Below are positions 1-11,939 of a stretch of DNA of 64,000 nucleotides, in pieces. The first letter of the stretch is position 1; every line of letters starts with the position of its first letter. Origin of the DNA: Scyliorhinus canicula (Eukaryota); the NCBI RefSeq assembly GCF_902713615.1, contig NC_052158.1, forward strand, positions 42,681,159 through 42,745,158. The letters are read 5' to 3'. A program made the translations under genes and the position numbers. The notes beneath the pieces are model-generated. The model was not told the DNA's origin and ran no database searches. It saw only the letters and a list, made by a program, of their open reading frames with translations.

Positions 1-1246
1 TCATTACCAAGATAGAAAGGATAGCAAGGGGATGGGGATGCAGAGGTTTTCTGCAATGCTTGTGGGCAGGGCTGGGTATTAAATATGCCTGGATACAAAT
101 TGTTCAGGAAAAATAGGAAAGGAAGGAAAGGGGGCTGTTGGATCTTGACAGAGCGACCATAGGAAGCGATGGCAAAAGTAAACAAGTTTTAATCTCACAC
201 AAACACTCCGCCCCAACCTACATCTGGGTCAGGGTTTTTATGTCTGGTCAGGCTTCCCCAGTCAGCCCCTTAACAGGCTGGTGGACAGTATTTCATTACA
301 CCTCTGACTTGTGCCTTGTAGATGGTGGACAGGCTCTGGGGGTCAGTCGGCGAGTTACCATCTGCAGAATTCCCAAGTTCTGACCTGCTCTTGTAACCAC
401 AGTATTTATATGGCTAGTCCAATCAGTTTCTGATCAGTTTAACCCCCAGGATGTTGATAGTGGGGAAATTAAGCAATGATAATGCTATTGAATGTCAAAA
501 GGTAGCATTCTCTGTTGTTGGAGATGGTCATTGCCTGGCAATTGTGTGGCATGAATGTTGCTTGCCACTTATTACCCCAGTCTGGAATGCTGTCCAGGTC
601 TTGCTGCACATCAACATGGACTGCTCCTACGCAATTATTTTTCTGAAATAAGCCTCGACTAAGTCATGAGAAGAAAAAAAGGAAATGCCATCAAGGAAAA
701 CAATAGAGATTACAGGTCAGTCAGAGACACTAGTGTTTTAGTTGTGAAACTTTTGAATTGAGATAAAGTGTCCCAGCAAAATTTTAACAGCTTTCCCTGG
801 ATAATTGATTCTAAGGGATTCCTCCATCATGGAAAGTGCCTGGAGAAAGCAAAAGGAAATGGACAATTTTCTGCATTAAACAAAGGCTGCAGAATATAAT
901 TGAGTATTGTGCTTTAAAAAATAACTTCAGAGGACAGTTTCTTGTCAATATAGTTGTGGTGAATTATAAACAGAGTAATTCACACTGTGTTCCATTATAT
1001 GTATTGTGTCCTTGTGGGCTCTGTATACGAGCCGTTGCTCGTATTGGGTTTGTACTGGGCTCCATCCTTGGCTCTGCCCATGGCTCCTCCCACTAACCGG
1101 AAGTATAAAGCTCTGCAGACGTGAGCCTGCTGCCAGTTCATCTAGTCGCAGGCAGGTTCTGTTGTAAGATTATTAAAACCACTGTTCACTTCCAATCACG
1201 TGTCTTGTGAATTGATGGTCACATCAATTTAATAATCTTAGGAAAC

Positions 1247-2560
1247 TTGAAGAAAACTACTATGGAATCAGCCCTCAAACCTTACCGATTAGAACTCGAC
1301 CCGCAGGCTGCAGAGGCAAGAGAAATCTTTCTACACTGGCTCAGATGTTTCAAGGACTACCTGGCTGAATCAAGCACTTCAGAAACTACGGAGGAGCAGA
1401 AACTCAGCCTACTGCATGCAAGAGTGAGCCACCGTATCTCTACTCAACTAAACAGTACTTCCTCGTATACGGAGGCCCTGGCCATGCTCAATCAAATGTA
1501 CGTGAGACCCATCAATGAGGTCTACGCGTGCCACATTTTTATGACCCGCCGCCAGATCCCCGCGGAGTCGCTGGATGAATTCCTGAGCGATTTAAAAGCC
1601 TTAGCTCGGGACTGTAATTATCAAGCTGTATCAGCCGAACAGCATATGGAGCTCGCTGTCCGGGATGTGTACGTGGCAGGTCAAACTAAGTGCGCCAGCG
1701 GTTGCTTGAAAAAAGGGGCCCAGAACTTGGAGGACACTATAGAGTTAGCTACAACCATGGAGGTCTCATTCCGCAGCCTCACCTTGTTCTCCGCGGACCA
1801 AACAACCCCATCCTGGGCCTCCGACCAGCGACTGCCCCAGGCCTGCGCTGCGCGGCCACTGAGCCACTATGCAGCCCCAGTGTGCCATTTTTGTGGGCAG
1901 CCCCAACACCCACGGCAGCACTGCCCATCCTGCAACGCAACCTGCAGCAGCTGTGGTCGCAAAGGACACTATACCCGGGTCTGCCTGGCGAAGAAATCCC
2001 CTTCTCCAAACTCTCCCGCAGCCCAGAGCACTCGCTTCCAAAACTCGCAGGCCCGCAGGCCCCAAAATGCTGCGGCCTGTATGCCGACTCCGCCCCCACC
2101 AGACACGTACGACCCATGGGGGCCGCCATGTTCCTCGCCGCCCACCATGTGCGATCCACGGGGGCGGCCATCTTGGGATCCATCCTCTTCAAACACTGAA
2201 ACTCACCTCGAAGACTACGACCTCAGCGGACAGTCATCACGGGGCCACTCCAGCACAGCTGATCGAGCCGCCGACTACCCGCAACTCAGCGCGGTCACGT
2301 TGGACCAGTCGCGTCTGAAACACCTCCAGAGCTCGATGATGACCGTTAAAATCAACGGGTACAGTACACCGTGCCTCTTCAACTCCGGGAGCACCGAGTG
2401 CTTCGTACACCCAGGTCTGGTAAGACGCTGTTGGCTCTCTATCTTCCATGCATGGCAAACTATCTCCCTCGCTTCGGGCTCACACTCTGTTCACCTCCAA
2501 GGGCGCACCGTCGTGCCCCTAAGGATTCAGGGCGTCAGCTATACGTACTCCCCGAACTCT
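1247..2560 (+). pseudogene. Gypsy gag-protease, disrupted
   Basis: Zinc knuckles CHFCGQPQHPRQHC and CSSCGRKGHYTRVC. The protease motif is CLFNSGST (catalytic D replaced by N in this copy), and the frame breaks ~1690 and ~2560. Confidence 0.85.
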
Positions 2561-2591
2561 GAGCCCCACTCTTACTGGGACTCGACTTCCA

Positions 2592-5141
2592 GTGCAACCT
2601 CAAAAGCCTCACACTCAGCTTCGGCGGGCCCCTACCTCCACTCACTACCTGCAGTCTAGCGATGGTAAAAATCGACCCCCCCCTCCACTCTTTGCCAATC
2701 TCACTCCAGACTGCAAACCTGTAGCCACTCGCAGCAGGCGGTACAGCCTGCAGGACAGGATGTTAATCAGAACTGAAGTCCAGCGGCTCTTATGTGAGGG
2801 AGTCATAGAGGCCAGTAACAGTGCCTGGAGAGCTCAGGTGGTGGTCTTCAAGACCGGGGGAAAATTCCGAATGGTAGTGGACTATAGCCAAACCATTAAT
2901 AGGTTTACGCTCCTCGATGCGTACCCCCTCCCCAGGATTGCAGACATGGTGAATCAGATCACCCAGTATCGCATTTTCTCCACGGTGGATCTGAAGTCTG
3001 CATACCACCAGCTCCCAATCCGCCCGGAGGACCGCCACTACACGGCGTTCGAGGCCGATGGCCGCCTCTTCCATTTCCTCCGGGTTCCCTTTGGCCTCAC
3101 GAATGGGGTCTCGGTGTTCCAACGAGCAATGGACCGAATGGTGGACCAGTACAGGCTGCGGATCACGTTTCCGTACTTGGACAACATCACCATCTGCGGC
3201 TATGACCAGCAGGACCACGACGCTAACATCCATCGATTTCTCCAGACTGCGCACAAACTCAACCTCATGTATAACGCAGAGAAATGCGTTTTCCGCATGA
3301 CCAGGCTAGCCATCCTTGACTATGCCGTGGAAAACCGAGTCCTGGGCCCAGACCCGGGCCGTATGCGCCCCCTCTTAGAACTCCCCCTCCCCCATTGCCC
3401 CAAGGCCCTCAAAAGGTGCCTGGGATTTTTCTCTTATTATGCCCAGTGGGTCCCTCAGTATGCGGACAAAGCAATCCCACTATTTAAGGCCACACTCTTC
3501 CCTCTATCAGATGAGGCTCGCCAGGCCTTCACCTGCATCAAGGAGGACATCGCCAAAGCAGCCATGCGGGCGGTGGATGAATCCACTCCCTTTCAGGTTG
3601 AGAGCGACGCCTCAGAGGTAGCTCTCGCAGCCACACTAAATCAGGCAGGGAGACCAGTCACCTTCTTCTCCCGTACCCTCTCCGCTTCGGAACTCCGACA
3701 CTCCTCAGTCGAAAAGGAAGCCCAAGCCATTGTGGGAAGCCGTACGGCACTGGAGGCACTACCTCGCAGGTAGGAGGCTCACCCTCATCACCAACCAAAG
3801 ATCGGTTGCCTTCATGTTTGACAACTCGCAAAGGGGCAAAATTAAAAACGATAAGATCCTACGGTGGAGGATCGAACTCTCCACCTACAAGTACGATATT
3901 ATGTATCGACTGGGCAAGCTCAACGAGCCCCAGATGCCCTGTCCCGCGGCACATGCGCCAGCGCGCAAGACGACCGCCTGAAAGCTATCCACAATGACCT
4001 CTGCCACCCGGGGGTCACCCGGCTCGCCCGCTACATCAAGGCCCGAAACCTACCTTTCTCCACCGAGGAGGTAAAAGCCATCACCAGGGATTGCCCGATC
4101 TGCACGGAGTGCAAACCGCACTTCGATAGACCAGACAGGGCCCATCTGGTAAAGGCCTCCTGGCCCTTTGAACGCCTGAGCATCGATTTCAAAGGGCCAC
4201 TCCCCTCGACCAATCGAAATGTGTACTTCCTCAACATCATCGACGAGTTCTCCCGCTTCCCCTTTGCCATCCCATGCCCCGATATGACCTCCCACACAGT
4301 CATTAGGGCCCTGCACAGTGTCTTCACCCTGTTCGGGTTCCCCAGCTACGTGCACAGCGACCGGGGTTCGTCCTTTATGAGCGACAAGCTGCGTCAGTAC
4401 CTGCTCGACAAGGGCATCGCCTCGAGCAGGACTACCAGCTATAACCCCAGGGGGAACGGGCAGGTGGAGAGGGAGAACACAACAGTCTGGAAGACCGTCC
4501 TACTGACCCTCCGGTCCAGGAATCTCCCGACCTCCCATTGGCAGGAGGTCCTCCCCGACGCGCCCCATGCTATTAGGTCCCTCCTATGTACGGCCACCAA
4601 ACAGACCACCTCACGAACGGCTATTTTTTTTTCCAGGGGCACTACCACGGGGGTTTCGCTCCCAGCATGGTTGAAGACACCAGGCCCGGTTCTCCTCCGG
4701 AAGCACGTCTGGGCACACAAAACTGACCCACTCGTAGAAAGAGTGCTCCTACTCCACTCCAACCCTCAATACGCTTTCATCGAATACCCTGACGGCCGTC
4801 AGGACACTGTTTCCCTCCGGGACCTGGCACCTGCAGGATCCAAACCCACCGCTACTACCGCCGAGGTACCCCTCACACTACACCCCGCACAACCCTCTGC
4901 GCCCTACGTCCCCGCTCCTACAGGTTCACTGCCCGTGCTCCGCGCCCCCGCGCCTATGGGTTTCCGGCGCTCCCCATCGGCAGTCGAACCAGCCGGGTAC
5001 GAAGCTCGGACCGAATCACCCCCGGAGTCCACCATCGTACCCTCACCGACTGCCACCACCCAGCCACCAGAAGAGGCTGCAACCCCGGTGCTTCACCGAT
5101 CCCAAAGGACGACTCAGCCGCCGGACCGGCTCAATTTGTAG
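2592..5141 (+). pseudogene. Gypsy pol (RT, RNase H, integrase) split over three frames
   Basis: RT motifs (FRMVVDY, DLKSAYHQ, PFGL, YLDN), RNase H (ESDAS...EKEAQAI), integrase HHCC and D,D(35)E (SIDFKGP, HSDRG, QVERE). Confidence 0.9.
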
Positions 5142-5499
5142 ACCCATCACCCCTGCCGGACTTCATTTTTTTTTTACAGGGGGTGAATGTGGTGAATTAT
5201 AAACCGAGTAATTCACACTGTGTTCCATTATATGTATTGTGTCCTTGTGGGCTCTGTATACGAGCCGTTGCATGGCTCTGCCCATAGGGGGAGATGAGGA
5301 GTTTGTACTGGGCTCCATCCTTGGCTCCGCCCATGGCTCCTCCCACTAACCGGAAGTATAAAGCTCTGCAGTCATGAGCCTGCTGCCAGTTCATCTCGTC
5401 GTAGGCAGGCTCTGTTGTAAGATTATTAAAACCACTGTTCACTTCCAATCACGTCTCTTATGAATTGATGGTCACATCAATAGTAAAAAAACTCATTCT

Positions 5500-6620
5500 C
5501 CTGAAAAAGTGTAGAACTTGGGTCAGTCTGTGCAGAGTCTGTACAATCTCCCTTTGTCTGCGTGGGTTTTCTCCGGGTGTTCCAATTTCCTCCCACAAGT
5601 CCCAAAAGGCATGCTTGTTAGGTAATTTGGACATTCTGAATTCTTGCTCAGTGTACCCAAACAGGCGTCGGAGTGTTGTGACCAGGGGATTTTCACAGTA
5701 ACTTCATTGCAGTGTTAATTTAAGCCTACTTGTGACACTAATAAAGATTATTATTGATAAGTTCAATTAGGGGCAACACAGTGGTTATCACTTTTGCTTC
5801 ACAGCACCGAGGTCCCAGGTTTGATCCCGGCTCTGGGTTACTGTCTGTGTGGAGTTTGCACATTCTCCCAATGTTTGCGTGGGTTTCTCCCCCACAACAC
5901 AAAGATGTGCAGGGTAGGTGGATTGGCCACGCTAAGTTGCTCCTTAATTGGACAAAATGAATTGGGTACACTAATTTTTTTTAATTAATAAGCTTAATTA
6001 ATAAAAAAAAAATCTAGAATGTTAAGCTAGTCTCAGTCATGGTGACTATTATCAATTGTTGTTAAAACCTATCTGGTTCACTCATGTCCTTGTTTGGTCT
6101 GACCTACATGTGACTCCAGACCCTCCAGCAATTGGGTGACTTTTACCTGCCCCCTAAAATGACTGAGTGAGTCACTCAGTTCAAGGGTAAAATTAGGGTT
6201 AGGTGACAATTTCTGACGTTGCCTCCAACATGTCATGAAAGCATAAAAAAAGATTCTGATGTTAAATATCAGTGAACAGTTGATTTGCTGCAAGTAATAA
6301 AGCAGCTGCTTTTGTTATGGTCCTTTCCTCAACTTGCTGATTAATCATTTCCGTATCCATTTTCATTTTTCTGTATCCATTTCAAATTGGTGTCAATGTT
6401 AAATCTGTTAACATGCTGGATGCAAATTAACGTGTTCATTTTTTCCCAATTAAGGAGCAACTTAGCGTGGCTCCACCTATCCTGCACATCTTTGTGTTGT
6501 GGGGGCGAAACCCATGCAAACATTGGGAGAATGTGCAAACTCCACACGGACAGTGACCCAGAGCCAGGATCGAACCTGGGACCTTGGTTCTGTGAAGCAA
6601 AAGTGATAACCACTGCACGA
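5500..6620. mobile_element. SINE cluster (~5500-5760 +, 5770-5990 +, 6410-6620 -) with a LINE 3' remnant; mirrored at ~57020-58135
   Basis: Repeated SINE core ggtcccaggttcgat...cactgtctgtgtggagtttgcacattctcccc. Confidence 0.8.
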
Positions 6621-6780
6621 TTGCGCTATTACGTGCAACAACAATTTGAATGGGTCAATTTGTTAATCTTCAAATTTGCAGGTATTTCATAAAAGTTAGT
6701 AGATCCTGTGGTCCCTGGATTCAGTGTCTTGGGGTAATTGGTCCTTGGATCCAATGTCTGTGTAATTGGTCTCCAGAACC

Positions 6781-7117
6781 CGGTCAGGGGGCCTCACGGT
6801 AGCATGGTGGTTAGCATCAATGCTTCACAGCTCCAGGGTCCCAGGTTCGATTCCCGGCTGGGTCACTGTCTGTGTGGAGTCTGCACGTCCTCCCCGTGTC
6901 TGCGTGGGTTTCCTCCGGGTGCTCCGGTTTCCTCCCACAGTCCAAAGATGTGCGGGTTAGGTGGATTAGCCATGCTAAATTGCCCGTAGTGTAAGGTTAA
7001 TGGGGGGATTGTTGGGTTACGGGTATACGGGTTACGTGGGTTTAAGTAGGGTGATCATTGCTCGGCACAACATCGAGGGCCGAAGGGCCCGTTCTGTGCT
7101 GTACTGTTCTATGTTCT
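6781..7117 (+). mobile_element. Young tRNA-derived SINE (HE1-like), left arm only
   Basis: A box (ggtagcatggtgg), B box GGTTCGATTCC, a CR1-like ttctatgttct tail, and TSD AGAACC (6775-6780/7118-7123). The empty site is at ~56870 in the right arm. Confidence 0.88.
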
Positions 7118-7483
7118 AGAACCAGTGTCACTGAGTAATTGATCCCTGGATTCTGTGTCCCAGGTATTTGGATCCTGTGCTGTAGCTGCATGATGTGGGA
7201 GCTGGCAGATCCCATTGCAAGGCACTGTGACCACATAGGCAGCAAGTGTTTGCAGTTGGAGGAATTTTGTCTCAGAGTTGATCAGCTGGCTCCGAGTTTC
7301 AAACACTGTGGCAGGGGGAGAGTTATCTGGATGCGGTGCTTCAGGAGGCAGTCACACGCCATAGATTAATTACCTCAAATTTGGCCAGTGGTCAGGGACA
7401 GCAGGGTTTGATAACTGCAAGTAAGGCAGGTAGAGGGAGCCTGAATTCAGAATGGAGGAGCCTCAGCATTTGACCTAATCCTG

Positions 7484-9117
7484 CGGTCAGTCAGTCACTC
7501 CGGACCCCGGTCAGTCAGTCACTCCGCACCCCGGTCAGCCAGTCACTCCACACCCCGGTCAGTCAGTCACTCCGGACCCGGTCAGTCAGTCACTCCGGAC
7601 CCCGGTCAGCCAGTCCCTCCGCACCCCGGTCAGTCCGTCACTCCGGCCCCCGGTCAGTCCGTCACTCCGGCCCCCGGTCAGTCCGTCACTCCGGCCCCCG
7701 GTCAGTCCGTCACTCCGGCCCCCGGTCAGTCCGTCACTCCGGCCCCCGGTCAGTCCGTCACTCCGGCCCCCGGTCAGTCCGTCACTCCGGACCCCGGTCA
7801 GTCCGTCACTCCGGACCCCGGTCAGTCCGTCACTCCGGACCCCGGTCAGTCAGTCACTCCGCACCCCGGTCAGTCAGTCACTCCGCACCCCGGTCAGTCA
7901 GTCACTCCGCACCCCGGTCAGTCAGTCACTCCGCACCCCGGTCAGTCAGTCACTCCGGACCCCGGTCAGTCAGTCACTCCGGACCCCGGTCAGTCAGTCA
8001 CTCCGCACCCCGGTCAGTCAGTCACTCCGCACCCCGGTCAGTCAGTCACTCCGGACCCCGGTCAGTCAGTCACTCTGGACCCCGGTCAGTCAGTCACTCC
8101 GGACCCCGGTCAGTCAGTCACTCCGGGCCCCGGTCAGTCAGTCACTCCGGACCCCGGTCAGTCAGTCACTCCGGACCCCGGTCAGTCAGTCACTCCGGAC
8201 CCCGGTCAGTCAGTCACTCCGCACCCCGGTCAGTCAGTCACTCCGCACCCCGGTCAGTCAGTCACTCCGGACCCCGGTCAGTCAGTCACTCCGGACCCCG
8301 GTCAGTCAGTCACTCCGCACCCCGGTCAGTCAGTCACTCCGCACCCCGGTCAGTCAGTCACTCCGGACCCCGGTCAGTCAGTCACTCTGGACCCCGGTCA
8401 GTCAGTCACTCCGGACCCCGGTCAGTCAGTCACTCCGGGCCCCGGTCAGTCAGTCACTCCGGACCCCGGTCAGTCAGTCACTCCGGACCCCGGTCAGTCA
8501 GTCACTCCGGACCCCGGTCAGTCAGTCACTCCGGACCCCGGTCAGTCAGTCACTCCGGGCCCCGGTCAGTCACTCCGGGCCCCGGTCAGTCAGTCACTCC
8601 GGGCCCCGGTCAGTCAGTCCCTCCGTCCCCCGGTCAGTCAGTCACTCCGGGCCCCGGTCAGTCACTCCGGACCCCGGTCAGTCAGTCACTCCGGACCCCG
8701 GTCAGTCAGTCACTCCGCACCCCGGTCAGTCAGTCACTCCGCACCCCGGTCAGTCAGTCACTCCGGGCCCGGTCAGTCACTCCGGGCCCCGGTCAGTCAG
8801 TCACTCCGGACCCCGGTCAGTCAGTCACTCCGGACCCCGGTCAGTCAGTCACTCCGGGCCCCGGTCAGTCACTCCGGACCCCGGTCAGTCAGTCACTCCG
8901 GACCCGGTCAGTCAGTCAGTCACTCCGGACCCCGGTCAGTCAGTCACTCCGGCCCCGGTCAGTCAGTCACTCCGGACCCCGGTCAGTCAGTCACTCCGGA
9001 CCCCGGTCAGTCAGTCACTCCGGGCCCCGGTCAGTCACTCCGGACCCCGGTCAGTCAGTCACTCCGGACCCCGGTCAGTCAGTCCCTCCGTCCCCCGGTC
9101 AGTCAGTCACTCCGGCC
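7484..9117. repeat. 24-bp minisatellite (CCGGACCCCGGTCAGTCAGTCACT)n, ~68 units, in intron 2 of the minus copy
   Basis: Direct reading of the tandem units. It starts ~80 bp past the exon-2 donor. Confidence 0.95.
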
Positions 9118-9201
9118 CCAGGCCTCGGCCTCCCGGTAGTCTCACTCTGACAGACTCCGCTCCAGACCCGGGGGAGGGAGGGGGTGAACCCGGTCACTTA
9201 C

Positions 9202-9450
9202 CTCTTGGCCCCGGGCTCCAGTGCGACAGGTTCCCCAAAATATTTAAACTCTGTTTCAGGATGGCGACGTGACCTGAGATCGTCTCCTCTCCTCCCTGCA
9301 TTGTGAAGTGCTGGAACTCGGGGATCCGCCCCACCTCCTTCTTCAGGTTGAAATCCATGTAGAGAATCTCATCGCCGTCCACCTCCCAATCAAACTGTTT
9401 ATCCGGACTGCCGTCCTGAACCACAAAGACCATGAAATCCCGGTGATCAT
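9202..9450 (-). CDS. DAA-like: Second MHC class II alpha exon 2 (alpha-1 domain), inverted copy with no exon 1 in sequenced bases
   Basis: 249 bp with intact AG/GTAAGT sites, phase 1/1, open: YDHRDFMVFVVQDGSPDKQFDWEVDGDEILYMDFNLKKEVGRIPEFQHFTMQGGEETISGHVAILKQSLNILGNLSHWSPGPR. No minus-strand leader exon was found between 9450 and 19181. Confidence 0.9.
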
Positions 9451-11939
9451 CTGTGTGTGAGAGAGTCAGGATTAAACTAACACCTCAGCCAGAGACAAAT
9501 AAACATCATCCAACACAAACAAACCCATTGGAATAAACCAACTGAAATATTCATCCCACAGTTGGGGTATAAACCAGATTAAAATCCCGCAGTGGCTACA
9601 ACTCCTCTTTCAGGTTTCATTGATAAATCAATCCTCAGTCAGGCTGTTTAATGTTTAACTCCTTCCAGGTCCCCTGGCCAATGGTTACCGCTGCAGTCAG
9701 GGGGTGGGAATTAATCTTTAACAAGGTTCCTGTCCGGGCCCTTCAGAAGCAAATGAATAATCTGCATCCAGACTGAGGATGGCAGGTGGGCTCCTGATGC
9801 TAAAGGGACCCACCAGGTGGGGGCTGGGCTGCCAACTGTCATTAAACATATTCCTGTCCAAATGGTTTCATTTCATTCCCCTGATCCAGGAACCAGTCGG
9901 CCAACATACCCATCCCTCTGGCCTCCTGCCTTCCTACAGTCCGCCTCCCCCCTCCCCGCCCCGTCGATCAGGAGCGTGAAGTCTTTTTCTTCTCATCCCC
10001 CACTCCAAGAATCAGTCGGCGAACACATCCATCTGACCTACTGCCTTTCCACAAAAAAATACTCATTACCTAACAGGTAATGTTTGACTGTCAATCAAAC
10101 ATCATCCCCACCCCCACTGTGAATATTTTTATCACAAAACAAAAACAGAAAATGTTGGAAAAACTCAGCATATCTGACAGCATTGGCACGGCACAGTGGG
10201 TTCACACCGCTGTCTCACAGCACCAGGGACCTGGGTTTGGTTCTGCCCTTGGGTGATTGTGTGGAATTTGCACTTTCTCCATGTGTCTGAGTGGAATATT
10301 TCCAGGTGTTGTGGTTTCCTCTCACAGTCCAAAAATGTGCAGATAAGGCGGATTGGCCATGCTAAAACATTGTTCCTTAGTGTCCAAAAGATGTGCAGGT
10401 TAAGTGAGGTTATAGGGATAGGATGACGGAGTGGGCCGCTCTTTCAGAGGGTCAGTGCAGACTCGATAAACTTAGCGGTTCTGTAGAAGGACCATTTGGA
10501 TCTGAAACCTTAACTCTGGAGTGATTTCATGGAAAAACAACAGTCCCGTTTTAGGCACAGCGAGCAGGATGTTTCCTGGCTTTTGCAGTACCGAGAACGA
10601 CCCCGCTATTAAATGGGACTCTGCTTGATTTTTAGGCCTTGGTGAGAAACCTGACGGCTCTTGCAAGATGTACAACGCTTGCTAGATCACGCGAGGCATC
10701 GCAATCTGGATCCCATCCTCAGTGAGTAGTTAGTCTCAGTTGACTATGTCTACACCCGAGTTACCCAAAGCCCGGGATTGAACGGCCTGGCCTCGGAAAC
10801 CCGGCTGTGGCACCGTTTAGCACAACCGCTACTGCCAGGAAGCTGCCACCTTTCTCTTTACATCTTTCAGTCGCTGCAAGGGGTAGGGACGTTGGTGGGA
10901 GGACGATAGATAGATGGGAGCACGAAGGTGAGTGGGGCTGGGGGGGTGGAAGATGGGCTTAACAGGCATCTTAATGGGCTTAATAGGCTACCCCTGTGTT
11001 AAGTGAACACATTTGATGATAATCAGTTGTTAATTAGGGAATATTGTAGTTGAGATCAGTGTAATCAGTGGTTTTGCTTTACTACCCAATGTCTACCCAT
11101 ACATTAGTGGGATCCAATGCTGTAATAATGAAACCTGTTGTTCTCTGCATCACACAGTGACCCAGAACATGCATGTCCACACAGGGACATTTCTGCTATC
11201 TTCTGTGTGTAGACTAATTGACTCTTCTGTTGAGGCAAGGCCAATTGTAAACCAACAAATTGGCTTAATTTCCAGGTACTAATTGAATGAACAGAATAGG
11301 TTCTCAGCGAGAATCAAATTTAACTTTTGATCTAGGCCTAATGTTACTTTACAAGTTACTTTATAAGTAACGCTAACTTTAGTTCTATGCTTAGGCAATG
11401 GGCAGTGTTTACCTTCAGGTTGGTACGTGAACTGGATCACAATATCAGCAGTGTTTAGGTGAAAATGTTGGGCTTTAAAGCAATCCCACAACATGGAGCT
11501 GTGCATCTCCAATACAAATGGTGACGCCCACACGGGAATGGACTATCAGCCACTAGAGGGAGCTCTGAGCATTAACCTCCCTTCTGTAATTGCTAAAATA
11601 AATTACCCAGCTCATTTATGTGGAAGCAGCTTTATTTACAAGCAATGAAAACTCAGGCAAACATGGAGGAAAGATTGCAACATTATAAATGTAAGGAACA
11701 AAAATTCTGAAAGGCAAACCAAAAACATGCATAGGAATTTCATATAGTCAGGCAAATACTTCCCAACGATGGACCACCTTCTGTGGTTTAGTCTGTCCCC
11801 AAATATTAGTATTTATCCTGAAGTATAAAATCTGCTAGATGTTTCAGGAGGTGTCTCTGTCAAGTGAAGCATTTTAAAGTAGGCTCGGGGGGAACATGGT
11901 GGTGCATGTAGATTTATGGGATATGGGCGTTGCGGTTCA

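Larger units (their letters stand above)
955..5479 (+). mobile_element. Full-length but frameshifted Ty3/Gypsy LTR retrotransposon
   Basis: LTRs 955-1226 and 5188-5479 (TG...CA, TATAAA 1104, ATTAAA 1172), 5-bp TSD ATAGT (950-954/5480-5484), and PPT acagggggtgaa. Domain order is gag-PR-RT-RH-IN. Confidence 0.95.

Noticed and set aside
5465-7369. Many 60-100 aa ORFs recurring across the window (e.g. ...VCTFSQCLRGF...)
   Set aside because: They are translations of SINE cores, not a gene family.
7484-9117. Regular short repeats that might suggest a CRISPR array
   Set aside because: The units are head-to-tail with no unique spacers, the context is eukaryotic, and there are no cas genes. The same applies to the other arrays.
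10745-10860. tRNA-like segment on the minus strand (A-box/B-box-like; mirror ~35085-35200)
   Set aside because: I could not fold a convincing cloverleaf. It is more likely a decayed SINE head than a tRNA gene.
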